Below, one piece after another: positions 54,050 to 62,694 of a stretch of 64,000 nucleotides of DNA (the stretch's first letter is position 1; each line of letters opens with the position of its first letter). Under the pieces are notes generated by a model. That model did no database searches and was not told the origin of the DNA. It saw only the letters and a program-made list of their open reading frames with translations. The stretch is from an uncultured Spirochaetia bacterium (GTDB lineage: Bacteria > Oederibacteriota > PGYV01 > Palsa-1178). The stretch lies in assembly GCA_964565765.1 (NCBI GenBank), contig CAZMGF010000007.1, forward strand, positions 3,222-67,221, given 5' to 3'. The position numbers and the translations under genes are program-made.

Positions 54050-55037
54050 CAGGGTTGCCCCCTTCCAGGACTATTTCTCCGCTGGCTTCGAGTTTCCTTA
54101 CAGCCGCGAGCACCTTCTGCTGGGACTCCTCGACTATCTGCCTTTTCAGCGGCCCGGTTGCTTCCATATCGTCCTTTATCATTTCCGCCCCGCGCTCGGA
54201 CATATTTGTGAATATTTTTGTCTTTAATTCCTCCGATACGCCTTTAAGAGCTATGACAAGCTCTTTTCCCTCAACTTCACGGAGGATCCGCTGCATGTAC
54301 CTGTCTTCAATGGCCTTTAAATCCTCAAACCTGAATAGTTCTTTTTTGATAAATGAGGCCATTTCAGGTGCGTCTTTTTCAAGGATGTCAATTATCTCCT
54401 TGAGCTGTTTTTTATCGACTTCGTGCAGTATTTTAATAAGTTTTTCAAGGCCGTTAATCTTTATCTCCTTCTTTTTTACAAGCTTGTCCCTTAAGATGGA
54501 AATTATTTCATTTATCATTTCCGTATCGGGCTCGGTTTTTTCAATAACCCCTATGCGCCTTGCTATGTCGGCCCTGGCGTCTTTGGGCAGGAAGCTTAAA
54601 ATATCGGCCCCTTTTTCAGGCGACGTAAAGGCCACTATCACAGCTATTATCTGCGCAGGCTCATTTTTTATCGCCTCAAAAATTTTTTCGGTTTCCAGTT
54701 CCTCGATAAACTTGAACGGCCCCTCGTCGGGCCTTAAAAAAGATATCATTTCATCAGCTTTTTTGGAGTCGTAAAGGTTTGAAAGTATTTCCCTGGCAGC
54801 CGGATAGCCGCCGGTGCTTTTTTCGTCCGCTTCCACCATTGACAGTGTAAAATCCCTTATTATTCCAAGACGCTCTTCCATTGATATCTCTCCGAGGTTC
54901 ATCACCTCGGCCACAACATGGTTGACCTCGTTCTCATTTAAGTGTTTGAGGATGTCCTTTGAGAATTCCGGCCCAAGCGCGACTATGAGTTTTGCAACCT
55001 TTGCGAAATCTTTTCCTTTTTCAATTGTTGCGGGCAT
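54036..55037 (-). CDS. fliG: Rotor/switch protein FliG
   Basis: KVAKLIVALG; LFRFED (MFxF motif); torque helix NMSERGAEMIKDDM. Confidence 0.94.
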   Translation of the reverse strand: MPATIEKGKDFAKVAKLIVALGPEFSKDILKHLNENEVNHVVAEVMNLGEISMEERLGIIRDFTLSMVEADEKSTGGYPAAREILSNLYDSKKADEMISFLRPDEGPFKFIEELETEKIFEAIKNEPAQIIAVIVAFTSPEKGADILSFLPKDARADIARRIGVIEKTEPDTEMINEIISILRDKLVKKKEIKINGLEKLIKILHEVDKKQLKEIIDILEKDAPEMASFIKKELFRFEDLKAIEDRYMQRILREVEGKELVIALKGVSEELKTKIFTNMSERGAEMIKDDMEATGPLKRQIVEESQQKVLAAVRKLEASGEIVLEGGNPDVVV

Positions 55038-55049
55038 ATTTATTCTCCA

Positions 55050-56555
55050 TTATGATATCCATGATTTTATGACCTTGGCGGCTTCTTTGGGGTTTTCCCT
55101 TGCCATTTTAAGTATTTCCTCGGGTTTTAAATTTTTCCCGTGGCCGTTTCCATTTCCATTGCCGTTTCCATTGCCGTTCCCGTTGTCATGCCCAGAAGAT
55201 ATATAAACACCCTTGGAAAAAAGCTGGATGCCTTTTCCCATATTCACGGCAAAAACAACACCAAGAATTATCAGAACCAGGGCCGGTAAATAATCTTTCA
55301 GCAGGTTTACATAAAAATCGCGCTGCGCAAGAGAATCTATTTTAGCGGTTTCTTCCTCGGATATTGACGCCTTGAATTCCATGGCTTTTATGTCAATAAC
55401 GTCCCCGCTTTTTACGTTTATTCCCGCGGCGGCCGCGATGGATTGTTTTAAATTGTCCATATATTTGTCGTCGTATTTTCCGTTGAGCACAACGGCAACT
55501 GTCACGTTCTTTACATCGCCGGGCGTCACAACTGTTTTTTCAGATTCCCTGTTTAATTCATAATTTACGGATTTTTTCTGCCTGACTACCGGCGGTGGTG
55601 CCGGAAGGGACGAGTTTGTGGTCACAGTTGCGCCGTTGGAAGGCGCCACTCCTTCGGAAGTGGAGTCTTCCGATTTTACCGCGGCCTGCTGCGGCTGCGG
55701 CGGAGGTGTATATGATTCCTTCGCTTTTTCCACCTTATTAAACTGAAGCGCAGCGCTGACACGAACCGTTGAATTTCCGGCTCCTACTATATTGTCCAGG
55801 AATGACTGTATTTTGTTCCTGTAATAATCCTCAACCCTGCTGGTAAGTTCAAGTTTTTTATCGGATATGTCGGAATCCGCGCCCCTTGAAAATTCCGTCA
55901 GTATTTTTCCGTCGGTTGAAATTACGGCCACACCCTCGGGCCCGAGCCTTTCAACGCTGCTTGCGACAAGATTCTGTATGCCCAAAATCTGCTCTTTTTT
56001 CAGGTCAACGCCCGGCTTTAATTTAAGGTAAACCGAGGCTTTTGACTGTGACTGTTCATCATCGAATAATTTCTGGTCCGGAATTGAAAGGTGCACCCTG
56101 CACTTTTCGATTCCCGGTATATTGTCAATGGTCCTTTCGAGTTCCGTCTGCAGCGCCCTCTGATAGTTTATTTTCCTTTCTTCATCGCTCATTCCAAAAT
56201 TAGCCTTGTCAAAAAGCTCAAAACCGACTCCGCCGCCTATGGACATCCCGCTTCCGGCAACTTTTATCCTCTCCTGCATCAGCATATTTTCCGCGACAAG
56301 CACGGCTCCCGTCGCCTTGTCAAATTTATAAGGCACCTTGTCATCGTCAAGCTTTTTTACTATTTTGGCCGAATCTGCGTCGGTCAAATTCGAAAATAAC
56401 GGCTTATAATCAGGCGTAGTGGCCCATACAAATATGCCGCTTCCAAGCAGCGCCACAATCAAGCCGGTTACTATCAGCCCTGTCTTCTGCCCGGGCTGTA
56501 GCGAGTTCCACCAGTTTTTGGCGGAAGCTAAAAGATTATTAAGTTCAGTAGGCAT
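55050..56555 (-). CDS. fliF: MS-ring protein FliF
   Basis: Two TMs; GFELFDK..FGMSD; YQRALQTELERTI; C-terminal ENPKEAAKVIKSWI. Confidence 0.95.
   Translation of the reverse strand: MPTELNNLLASAKNWWNSLQPGQKTGLIVTGLIVALLGSGIFVWATTPDYKPLFSNLTDADSAKIVKKLDDDKVPYKFDKATGAVLVAENMLMQERIKVAGSGMSIGGGVGFELFDKANFGMSDEERKINYQRALQTELERTIDNIPGIEKCRVHLSIPDQKLFDDEQSQSKASVYLKLKPGVDLKKEQILGIQNLVASSVERLGPEGVAVISTDGKILTEFSRGADSDISDKKLELTSRVEDYYRNKIQSFLDNIVGAGNSTVRVSAALQFNKVEKAKESYTPPPQPQQAAVKSEDSTSEGVAPSNGATVTTNSSLPAPPPVVRQKKSVNYELNRESEKTVVTPGDVKNVTVAVVLNGKYDDKYMDNLKQSIAAAAGINVKSGDVIDIKAMEFKASISEEETAKIDSLAQRDFYVNLLKDYLPALVLIILGVVFAVNMGKGIQLFSKGVYISSGHDNGNGNGNGNGNGNGHGKNLKPEEILKMARENPKEAAKVIKSWIS
55143..55184 (-). 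repeat. (Asn-Gly)7 dipeptide repeat in the FliF cytoplasmic tail
   Basis: Encoded by mixed synonymous codons (AAC/AAT, GGG/GGC/GGA). Confidence 0.85.
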
Positions 56556-56565
56556 TCATTCCTCC

Positions 56566-56922
56566 TTAAACCTGCATCTTCATGACGGTATTGTAAGCGT
56601 CAATTATTTTGTCCCTTACTTTGACAGTAAAATTAATTGAAAACCTCGCCTGTTCAGCCGCTATCATGACATTATGAAGTTCCTCTTTACCCTGGAGAAA
56701 ATTATTTATTTTCCCTGTGAGTTCCTGCTGCGGCGCGTCCACGGCTTTCACAGCGTCTTTTATGAGCCCTTCCATATCAATATCAGGGGCGTTAAAAGAA
56801 CCTGACGCGACCGACATTCCCGGGCTTAGGTCCAGCCCGGACGCCTGGTCCAATCCATCCATTGGCAGGTCAAGCTTGCTGATATCCATACCCATGCCCG
56901 CGTTAATTCCGTCAATTTTCAT
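56566..56922 (-). CDS. fliE: Hook-basal body protein FliE
   Basis: LHNVMIAAEQARFSINFTVKVRDKIIDAYNTVMKMQV. Confidence 0.92.
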   Translation of the reverse strand: MKIDGINAGMGMDISKLDLPMDGLDQASGLDLSPGMSVASGSFNAPDIDMEGLIKDAVKAVDAPQQELTGKINNFLQGKEELHNVMIAAEQARFSINFTVKVRDKIIDAYNTVMKMQV

Positions 56923-56933
56923 AATGATTCACC

Positions 56934-57335
56934 TCATATGTCAAGGGTTTTTGATAACATGTTCTTTACTGAAGATGCCACTGCGATATTTGCCTCATAC
57001 GCGCGCTGGGCGGAAATCAGGTCCGTCATTTCCCTGACAGTGTTGATTTCCGGGTATTTTACGAACCCCTTCTGGTCCGCGTAGGGATTATTGGGTTCAT
57101 ATTTAAGGACGCCGTTGCTTGCCTCCTGCATAATTTCCTTAACCTGAACCCCTGAATTTTTTCCCTCATCGTCAACTATCGACTCAAAAACCGGCGTCTG
57201 TCTTTTATAAAAACTGCCCTCTTTTGTCATTACCGTGTCGGAATTCGCCACATTGGCCGCTATAATTTCCATCTTTTCTTTCTGGGCCTGCATGCCGCTT
57301 ACCGAAATTTCCATCGGCTTTAAGAATCCACTCAT
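56934..57335 (-). CDS. flgC: Rod protein FlgC
   Basis: ISVSGMQAQ..IIAANVANS; YEPNNPYAD..GFVKYPEIN...AQRAYEAN. Confidence 0.95.
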   Translation of the reverse strand: MSGFLKPMEISVSGMQAQKEKMEIIAANVANSDTVMTKEGSFYKRQTPVFESIVDDEGKNSGVQVKEIMQEASNGVLKYEPNNPYADQKGFVKYPEINTVREMTDLISAQRAYEANIAVASSVKNMLSKTLDI

Positions 57336-57661
57336 GAGCCTGTACCCAGTGATGTATTGAGTATCTGCATTCTTAACGCCGTGATTTTAGCCACCGAATC
57401 ATAGAGAACGGTATTCTCGGAAAGCTCGGCAGTCTCATTTTCGAGTTTTATAGGCACCCCCGGCTGCTGCTGTATTTCCGGCCCTGTCCAGTTTTGAATA
57501 TCTCCGTCATTTTTAAGCAGGTCGTCTATCTGCCCCTGAAAATCAACATCCTGCCTGACATACCCCTGTGTATCGGAATTCGCTATATTTCCGGCAATGG
57601 CCTCATGTTTTGCCCAGATAGTGTCAAGCGCCTTTGAGAGTATTTTATCGACTGCTTCCAT
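57332..57661 (-). CDS. flgB: Rod protein FlgB
   Basis: KHEAIAGNIANSDTQGYVRQDVDF. Confidence 0.88.
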   Translation of the reverse strand: MEAVDKILSKALDTIWAKHEAIAGNIANSDTQGYVRQDVDFQGQIDDLLKNDGDIQNWTGPEIQQQPGVPIKLENETAELSENTVLYDSVAKITALRMQILNTSLGTGS

Positions 57662-58117
57662 TTATCTGTCCTCCTGCAGAAAAAGTCCTTCACTTCTTGT
57701 GTTTTTATAGGCATTTACCAGCATTACGCGTTTCTTTACGTTATTTATTTTTATCCTTGTGCTGTCCATGTTTTTCTGGAGCATTTCCGCGTTGCGTGTC
57801 TGAATTTTGATGAGCTCTTCAAGCAGAAAAGAAAGTTTTACCAGGAGCCTGTCCAGGTCCTTTGAAGAAAATCCGGTCTTTTCTTTCACCGTCATATATT
57901 CATTTTTAAGGGGTTTTATCTGTTTTTCAATCGCGTCAAGATCGGCTATTATGGCTGATTTCTCGGAAAGCACTTTCATGGTCTTTCCGATTTCCCCGCC
58001 TTCCTTTATAAGCTTCATTTCTTCGTCAAGTTTTAACAGCAAAGATTCATAACAGCGTATCTCAATGGCATACTTTGCTATTATTGTATTTATTTTTTCC
58101 TCGGTCATTCTTTCCAT
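57662..58117 (-). CDS. Helical FlgN/FliT-like protein, first gene of the basal-body operon
   Basis: Coiled-coil protein coupled to flgB; ends LFLQEDR, like FlgN-type chaperones. Confidence 0.6.
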   Translation of the reverse strand: MERMTEEKINTIIAKYAIEIRCYESLLLKLDEEMKLIKEGGEIGKTMKVLSEKSAIIADLDAIEKQIKPLKNEYMTVKEKTGFSSKDLDRLLVKLSFLLEELIKIQTRNAEMLQKNMDSTRIKINNVKKRVMLVNAYKNTRSEGLFLQEDR

Positions 58118-58149
58118 ATTTCACCTCCTGCTTTTATCAACGTATACTT

Positions 58150-58169
58150 ATAAAGCACATACCGTGCCG
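58150..58169 (-). promoter_or_regulatory. Sigma54 promoter of the basal-body operon
   Basis: CGGCACGGTATGTGCTTTAT (GG-N10-GC). Confidence 0.78.
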
Positions 58170-58220
58170 TGGCAAAAGGCCGTTAATTTAAAGGCTCTTC
58201 TTTGGTTTTCCGTAACTTAT

Positions 58221-58257
58221 TTGGAAATGAATGCAACCTATATGCAAAAGTTTCCAA
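58221..58257. promoter_or_regulatory. Tandem enhancer-like sites (candidate UAS)
   Basis: TTGGAAA-TG-AATGCAA (58221-58236) and ATGCAAA-AG-TTTCCAA (58242-58257), 21 bp apart. Confidence 0.6.
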
Positions 58258-58450
58258 TTGCCTGGTTCCATATGACGGTATAATGATTTTTGGACAAATA
58301 ATATTTTTTCTATAGTCTTTCGAGCCGAAAAAATCTATCTGGCCCGGCCGCCGTTGCAAGCCGCACTTGAATTTTTTGTTATTTTAGTTTATAATAATGA
58401 TGTTAATATTCAAATAGGCTGCATCTATTTTCAAAATAAAGGAGTATATT

Positions 58451-59125
58451 ATGGATGGCCAATTTTCCGTTAACAAACCGCGCCTTTTTGCGTTTATCGC
58501 GCTTATTTCCCTGATATTTACCATGGCTATATACGCCGGCTGGGGTTATCATAACGGCGGCTACCGGAACGACGGTTACAGATATGGCGGCGGGTCCCGC
58601 GGCGAATCCGCTCAGGGCACAAATTACCGGGCGGAATCGGAACAAAAGCAGGATTATAGCGGCCAGGGGTATCATAATGGCCGGGTGCGCGGTTATGGTT
58701 TCAGGTATGGGGGCTGGCGCGGCTGGTATGGCTGGTACGGTTTATACGACCCGTTCTGGCTGGTCGATATGCCCTATTTATATTTTCCATATTATCATCC
58801 TTACACGATAACATACAATTACAGCGATTTTTCCGACAGCTATTATTACAGCCCTCTTCTTGACAGGTACGAACCTGTATCGCCCCTTGCAAGTTCAACG
58901 CCTCTGGTTGATACGGCGGCCGCAGCTGCCGCGGCGCAGGTTGATACGGTGGCAAAGAAAACTGAATCAGCTGATAATACAATAACAATAAATATCCCGA
59001 ATTCCAAAGGAGGGTTCACTCCTGTAACGCTTAAGAAAACGGATGGCGGATATACCGGCCCCAACAATGAATTTTACAAGGGGAATCCGACCGTCGAGGA
59101 ACTAAAGGCGTTATACGGGAATTGA
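58451..59125 (+). CDS. Exported Gly/Tyr/Arg-rich protein with a small C-terminal domain
   Basis: SD AAGGAG; signal/TM segment; GYHNG twice; GWYGWYG; C-terminal TITINIPNSKGGFTPVTLKK...PTVEELKALYG. Confidence 0.75.
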   Translation: MDGQFSVNKPRLFAFIALISLIFTMAIYAGWGYHNGGYRNDGYRYGGGSRGESAQGTNYRAESEQKQDYSGQGYHNGRVRGYGFRYGGWRGWYGWYGLYDPFWLVDMPYLYFPYYHPYTITYNYSDFSDSYYYSPLLDRYEPVSPLASSTPLVDTAAAAAAAQVDTVAKKTESADNTITINIPNSKGGFTPVTLKKTDGGYTGPNNEFYKGNPTVEELKALYGN

Positions 59126-59185
59126 TTCCATTTTGTTTAGCAGGCTGTTATATAATAAATGTTTTATCGCCTGCGGTTTTCAAAA

Positions 59186-60853
59186 CTAAAAATTATATCC
59201 GGCAAAAGCCGATATTATAAATCCCCTGTAATCCATTGTGGTTTCCCCGGTGGTTCCCACGCCATAAACAGCGCCTTTATTAATTGTAATTGTCGATCCG
59301 TTGGATGTTGTAACCGAATAATCTTTATCAGCCGTTAATTTATCCACAATGCAATACCTGTATCCAAGGTCAAAGCCGTATGAAAGCCCTTTATGCCCTT
59401 TATCAGGATATTTAATCTTTAAATCAAGATCGCATAATCCCGAGCCGCCATAATAATTGGAATTGATGTCATAATTGCCGTATGCCGGATCGCCTGTTAC
59501 CTTAGCATTCCTGGATACTTCCGCGAAACCGTAACCCAGTCCCGCCGATACATCCACCACAAAAGGCAGGTCATATCCTTTGATTACATCGCCGGGTTTA
59601 ATTTCATATCCCGCCTCGGCTTCAAGCGGGATTAAGCCGGCGTATATATCTATGTTGTGCGGACTGCCGTTCAGGTCGAATTTTCTATTTGCGTCAATAC
59701 AAAATAAATATCCCGCCTCAGGGCCGAAATAAAAACCGTTGGCCTTCACGTCCGCGCCGGCCATTATTGATATGCCGCTGTTCATCTGCGAATAGCTTAC
59801 ATTACTGTAACTTGGATTGGCCTTGAATATTTTATTCATTGTGTACATGCCGTTGTTCAGGTTTGACATCAGGACATACTGGTAACCAGCCTCCAGGTTA
59901 ATAATCAATTTATCCGTGCCAAATGTCCATGAGGATGGAGCCGCCGCGTCAGCGCCGCCGGAATCCATGCTATTCTCTCCAGCTCCGGTTTTTATACCAT
60001 TTGAATTTTCAGCGGGCTTTTCAACCTCTTCAGTTTTCACAGCGGCCTGCGAAAAAGGATATTCATACCCGATCCCGAATATCCATGACGGCCCGGTTAT
60101 TCCGGCCTCGACCAGGATCCTGGAATCGCTTTTTGGCGGCGTTAATTCAGCGCTCAGGGAAAAATCAAGGCCGAGCCCGAGCCCCGGCAGATATTTCTGA
60201 AGAAAGGCTGAATGCCAGACGTATGTGGAATTTGATATAGGTGTGGAATAACCCGACCATGGGTCGTCAATGTTCATACCCATATAGCCGTACATGCTAA
60301 AACCCAGGGACGCGCCAAACTTTATATATTCATTCATTGCCATATGGGCCGTAAATTCCGGAGAAAGAGCCCACCAGAAACCAGATATATCTATCATATC
60401 ACCGCTGTGTATATAAACCTGGCTGCCGAAACCGTTATCAGCAAAATAATTTCCAGGCTCTCCGCCGCCCTGCTGCGTCTGCCAGTATGTATATGCCAGC
60501 GCGAGCTTTCCTTTTAAACCCCAGTCAATTGGCGTGTCATTTAGATGGAGCCTGCCCATTATCTTTTCTGCGCCGCCCTGCAGCACCAGGTCAAATGATC
60601 CGATTGTATAAGCCGAATTGGCATTGTCGTTCTGGTCAATAAAGGCCGGTACAGGCAGCCCCGAGACAGATGTGCCCATGTCAACCGAGGCTGATAAAAG
60701 TATATCGTCAACCGTGGCCGTCACATGCGGCGCGGAAATGGCTGAGATTGCCGGCGTTCCATCCGCTCCGATTTTCATCCCATCCATCGCGGAAAGACTG
60801 GTGGAAATAAGCAAAATTAACGCGAGTCCCGCAAGAACCCTGCGGTGTCCCAT
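59186..60853 (-). CDS. Outer-membrane protein with two tandem beta-barrel-like domains
   Basis: Signal peptide; domain 1 ends WIFGIGYEYPF; ~40-aa linker; domain 2 ends FIISAFAGYNF. Confidence 0.65.
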   Translation of the reverse strand: MGHRRVLAGLALILLISTSLSAMDGMKIGADGTPAISAISAPHVTATVDDILLSASVDMGTSVSGLPVPAFIDQNDNANSAYTIGSFDLVLQGGAEKIMGRLHLNDTPIDWGLKGKLALAYTYWQTQQGGGEPGNYFADNGFGSQVYIHSGDMIDISGFWWALSPEFTAHMAMNEYIKFGASLGFSMYGYMGMNIDDPWSGYSTPISNSTYVWHSAFLQKYLPGLGLGLDFSLSAELTPPKSDSRILVEAGITGPSWIFGIGYEYPFSQAAVKTEEVEKPAENSNGIKTGAGENSMDSGGADAAAPSSWTFGTDKLIINLEAGYQYVLMSNLNNGMYTMNKIFKANPSYSNVSYSQMNSGISIMAGADVKANGFYFGPEAGYLFCIDANRKFDLNGSPHNIDIYAGLIPLEAEAGYEIKPGDVIKGYDLPFVVDVSAGLGYGFAEVSRNAKVTGDPAYGNYDINSNYYGGSGLCDLDLKIKYPDKGHKGLSYGFDLGYRYCIVDKLTADKDYSVTTSNGSTITINKGAVYGVGTTGETTMDYRGFIISAFAGYNF

Positions 60854-60908
60854 ACAATGCCTCCTATTTTTAATAAAAACACAAAATAATTTTTACGCAA
60901 GAGGCGGG

Positions 60909-62681
60909 CTAATTGGCTGTCTTTTTAAATCCCTGTAAAGCTTTTTGCTTTGACCTTGCGTCCATTATATATCTTCTGACTTTTACCGCGTAATCACAAT
61001 CAGGATCAAGTTCGTCAATATTTTTCCAGTAAATAACTGCCGCGTCAAGATTGCCGTCGGTGTACTTTTCAATGCCCTTATAATAATAATCCTTTGTTTT
61101 TAATGCTATGAGTTCTTTCAGGGTGGCCAGAATATCTGTCGCTTCCTTATTTGCCGGGCATATGCCTGAAATTGTCCGAAGCCTTTTTACTCCTTCAATA
61201 ACGGAAGCGTCGTTGGCAACCTCGGCTTTTGCCTTGTTTATATCATCCCAGATTTCACTTTGTTTATACTTTGTCCTGGCTATATACTGTTTTATCTTTG
61301 TATTCTTCGGATCCTTTTCAAGCCCCTGCTCCCAGGAGGCAAGCGCTTTGACATAGTCGCAGTTGTTATAATACTTGAGCCCTTCCTTGAAATATTTTTC
61401 GCCCAGTTTTGTCATGCCTTTGTTTGCCTTTAATTCCTTCGCGTCGCCTATCCATGTATCAATATCCTTATACGCCGGCGCAATGTTTTTTACTTCGTTC
61501 CATTTATTAAGGGCGCATTCAAAGTCAAACGCCTCATAGCATTGCATTCCTTCGTTATATAAATCATCCGCTTTTTTAACCCCGCCGCCTGTTGATATGA
61601 GCTTTTTTACCCTGACCAGCATAAGATCAATGTCTTTATAATTTGGCGCCATTGATTTAACATCCGACCAGTCAGCCAGGGCCTGGTTGTAATTTCCGGC
61701 ATTAAAAGCCTCTTCCCCGTTTCTGTAATTCTGATAAGCCAGAAACTCCGTTAATTTCTGATAGTTCTTTTTCTCGACTTCGTCCTGGGCTTCGTATAGC
61801 AGCTTTATGCTGACAAGATTTGTTATGCCCAGGTCTCCCTTTGAAGCAAAAGCGTAATCAAAAGAAAGTTTTTCTAAAGTAATCCCCAGGCCTGCCGAAA
61901 GCCCGGATAACGCGCCAAGCGCCTGAAACGAATTATTAATCGCGTAGCCGCACCTCACGGAGAGAATCTTAAAAATGGTTAATTCCGCGCCAACGGCGCC
62001 TGAGGTGCCGTAAATGCCCGAATATATTAAATCCAGATCCGCCAGCATTTTATAATCTTTAATATTAAAAAGATTTATTCCAACCCCGGCCCTTAAATTA
62101 TACCCGCCGCTTAAAGATGTATCAAGATTTTGTAAAGCGGCCCCTGCGGAAAACATATCGTTGATTTTCAATAAAAGCCCCAGGTCGAAGCTCAGCATAT
62201 AATCGTTGTAACCGGCCATGGAATAGTTTGAAAAGTTTATCCCCAGGCCTGCCGACAAAGCTTCCCTTACCGGCATGCCGTAAGCAATCGTCGCCGAAAG
62301 ATTATATGGATTAAGGTCATTAAACAAATTCGCCCCGCCGGCGTCGCGCTGGACAAAGGTTCCAAAATTAGTATAGGTGAACATCGCGCCAGCCGAGCCC
62401 GGCCCGGCCGGAATGACCAGATTGCCGTACTGAAAAGATGAATCCATGAGCCATTTATCATAAGCAATATCAATTTCAACCATTTTTATATTTGAGAGCC
62501 CGGCCGGATTGTAATAAATGGCAGAGGCGTCGTCCGCAATGCCGGTAAAGGCGCCTGCAAGGGCGGCCGCACGGGCTCCTGTGTTTATATCAAGTGTAGA
62601 GAGCGCGGCTGATTGAGCGGGTGCAGCGTTAAGATACGGGCATACAAACACCGTAAGCAATATGATTATAGTTTTTTTCAT
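60909..62681 (-). CDS. PorV/UPF0164-like beta-barrel with C-terminal TPRs
   Basis: GARAAALAGAFTGIADDASAIYYNPAGL; FDYAFASKGDLG; repeated TPRs. Confidence 0.85.
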   Translation of the reverse strand: MKKTIIILLTVFVCPYLNAAPAQSAALSTLDINTGARAAALAGAFTGIADDASAIYYNPAGLSNIKMVEIDIAYDKWLMDSSFQYGNLVIPAGPGSAGAMFTYTNFGTFVQRDAGGANLFNDLNPYNLSATIAYGMPVREALSAGLGINFSNYSMAGYNDYMLSFDLGLLLKINDMFSAGAALQNLDTSLSGGYNLRAGVGINLFNIKDYKMLADLDLIYSGIYGTSGAVGAELTIFKILSVRCGYAINNSFQALGALSGLSAGLGITLEKLSFDYAFASKGDLGITNLVSIKLLYEAQDEVEKKNYQKLTEFLAYQNYRNGEEAFNAGNYNQALADWSDVKSMAPNYKDIDLMLVRVKKLISTGGGVKKADDLYNEGMQCYEAFDFECALNKWNEVKNIAPAYKDIDTWIGDAKELKANKGMTKLGEKYFKEGLKYYNNCDYVKALASWEQGLEKDPKNTKIKQYIARTKYKQSEIWDDINKAKAEVANDASVIEGVKRLRTISGICPANKEATDILATLKELIALKTKDYYYKGIEKYTDGNLDAAVIYWKNIDELDPDCDYAVKVRRYIMDARSKQKALQGFKKTAN

Positions 62682-62694
62682 TATTTATCCACCG

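Noticed and set aside
39473-56922. Non-flagellar T3SS (injectisome) interpretation of the export genes
   Set aside because: Rod, hook, filament, stator, FlgM and FliA genes are all present; no secretin or needle genes.
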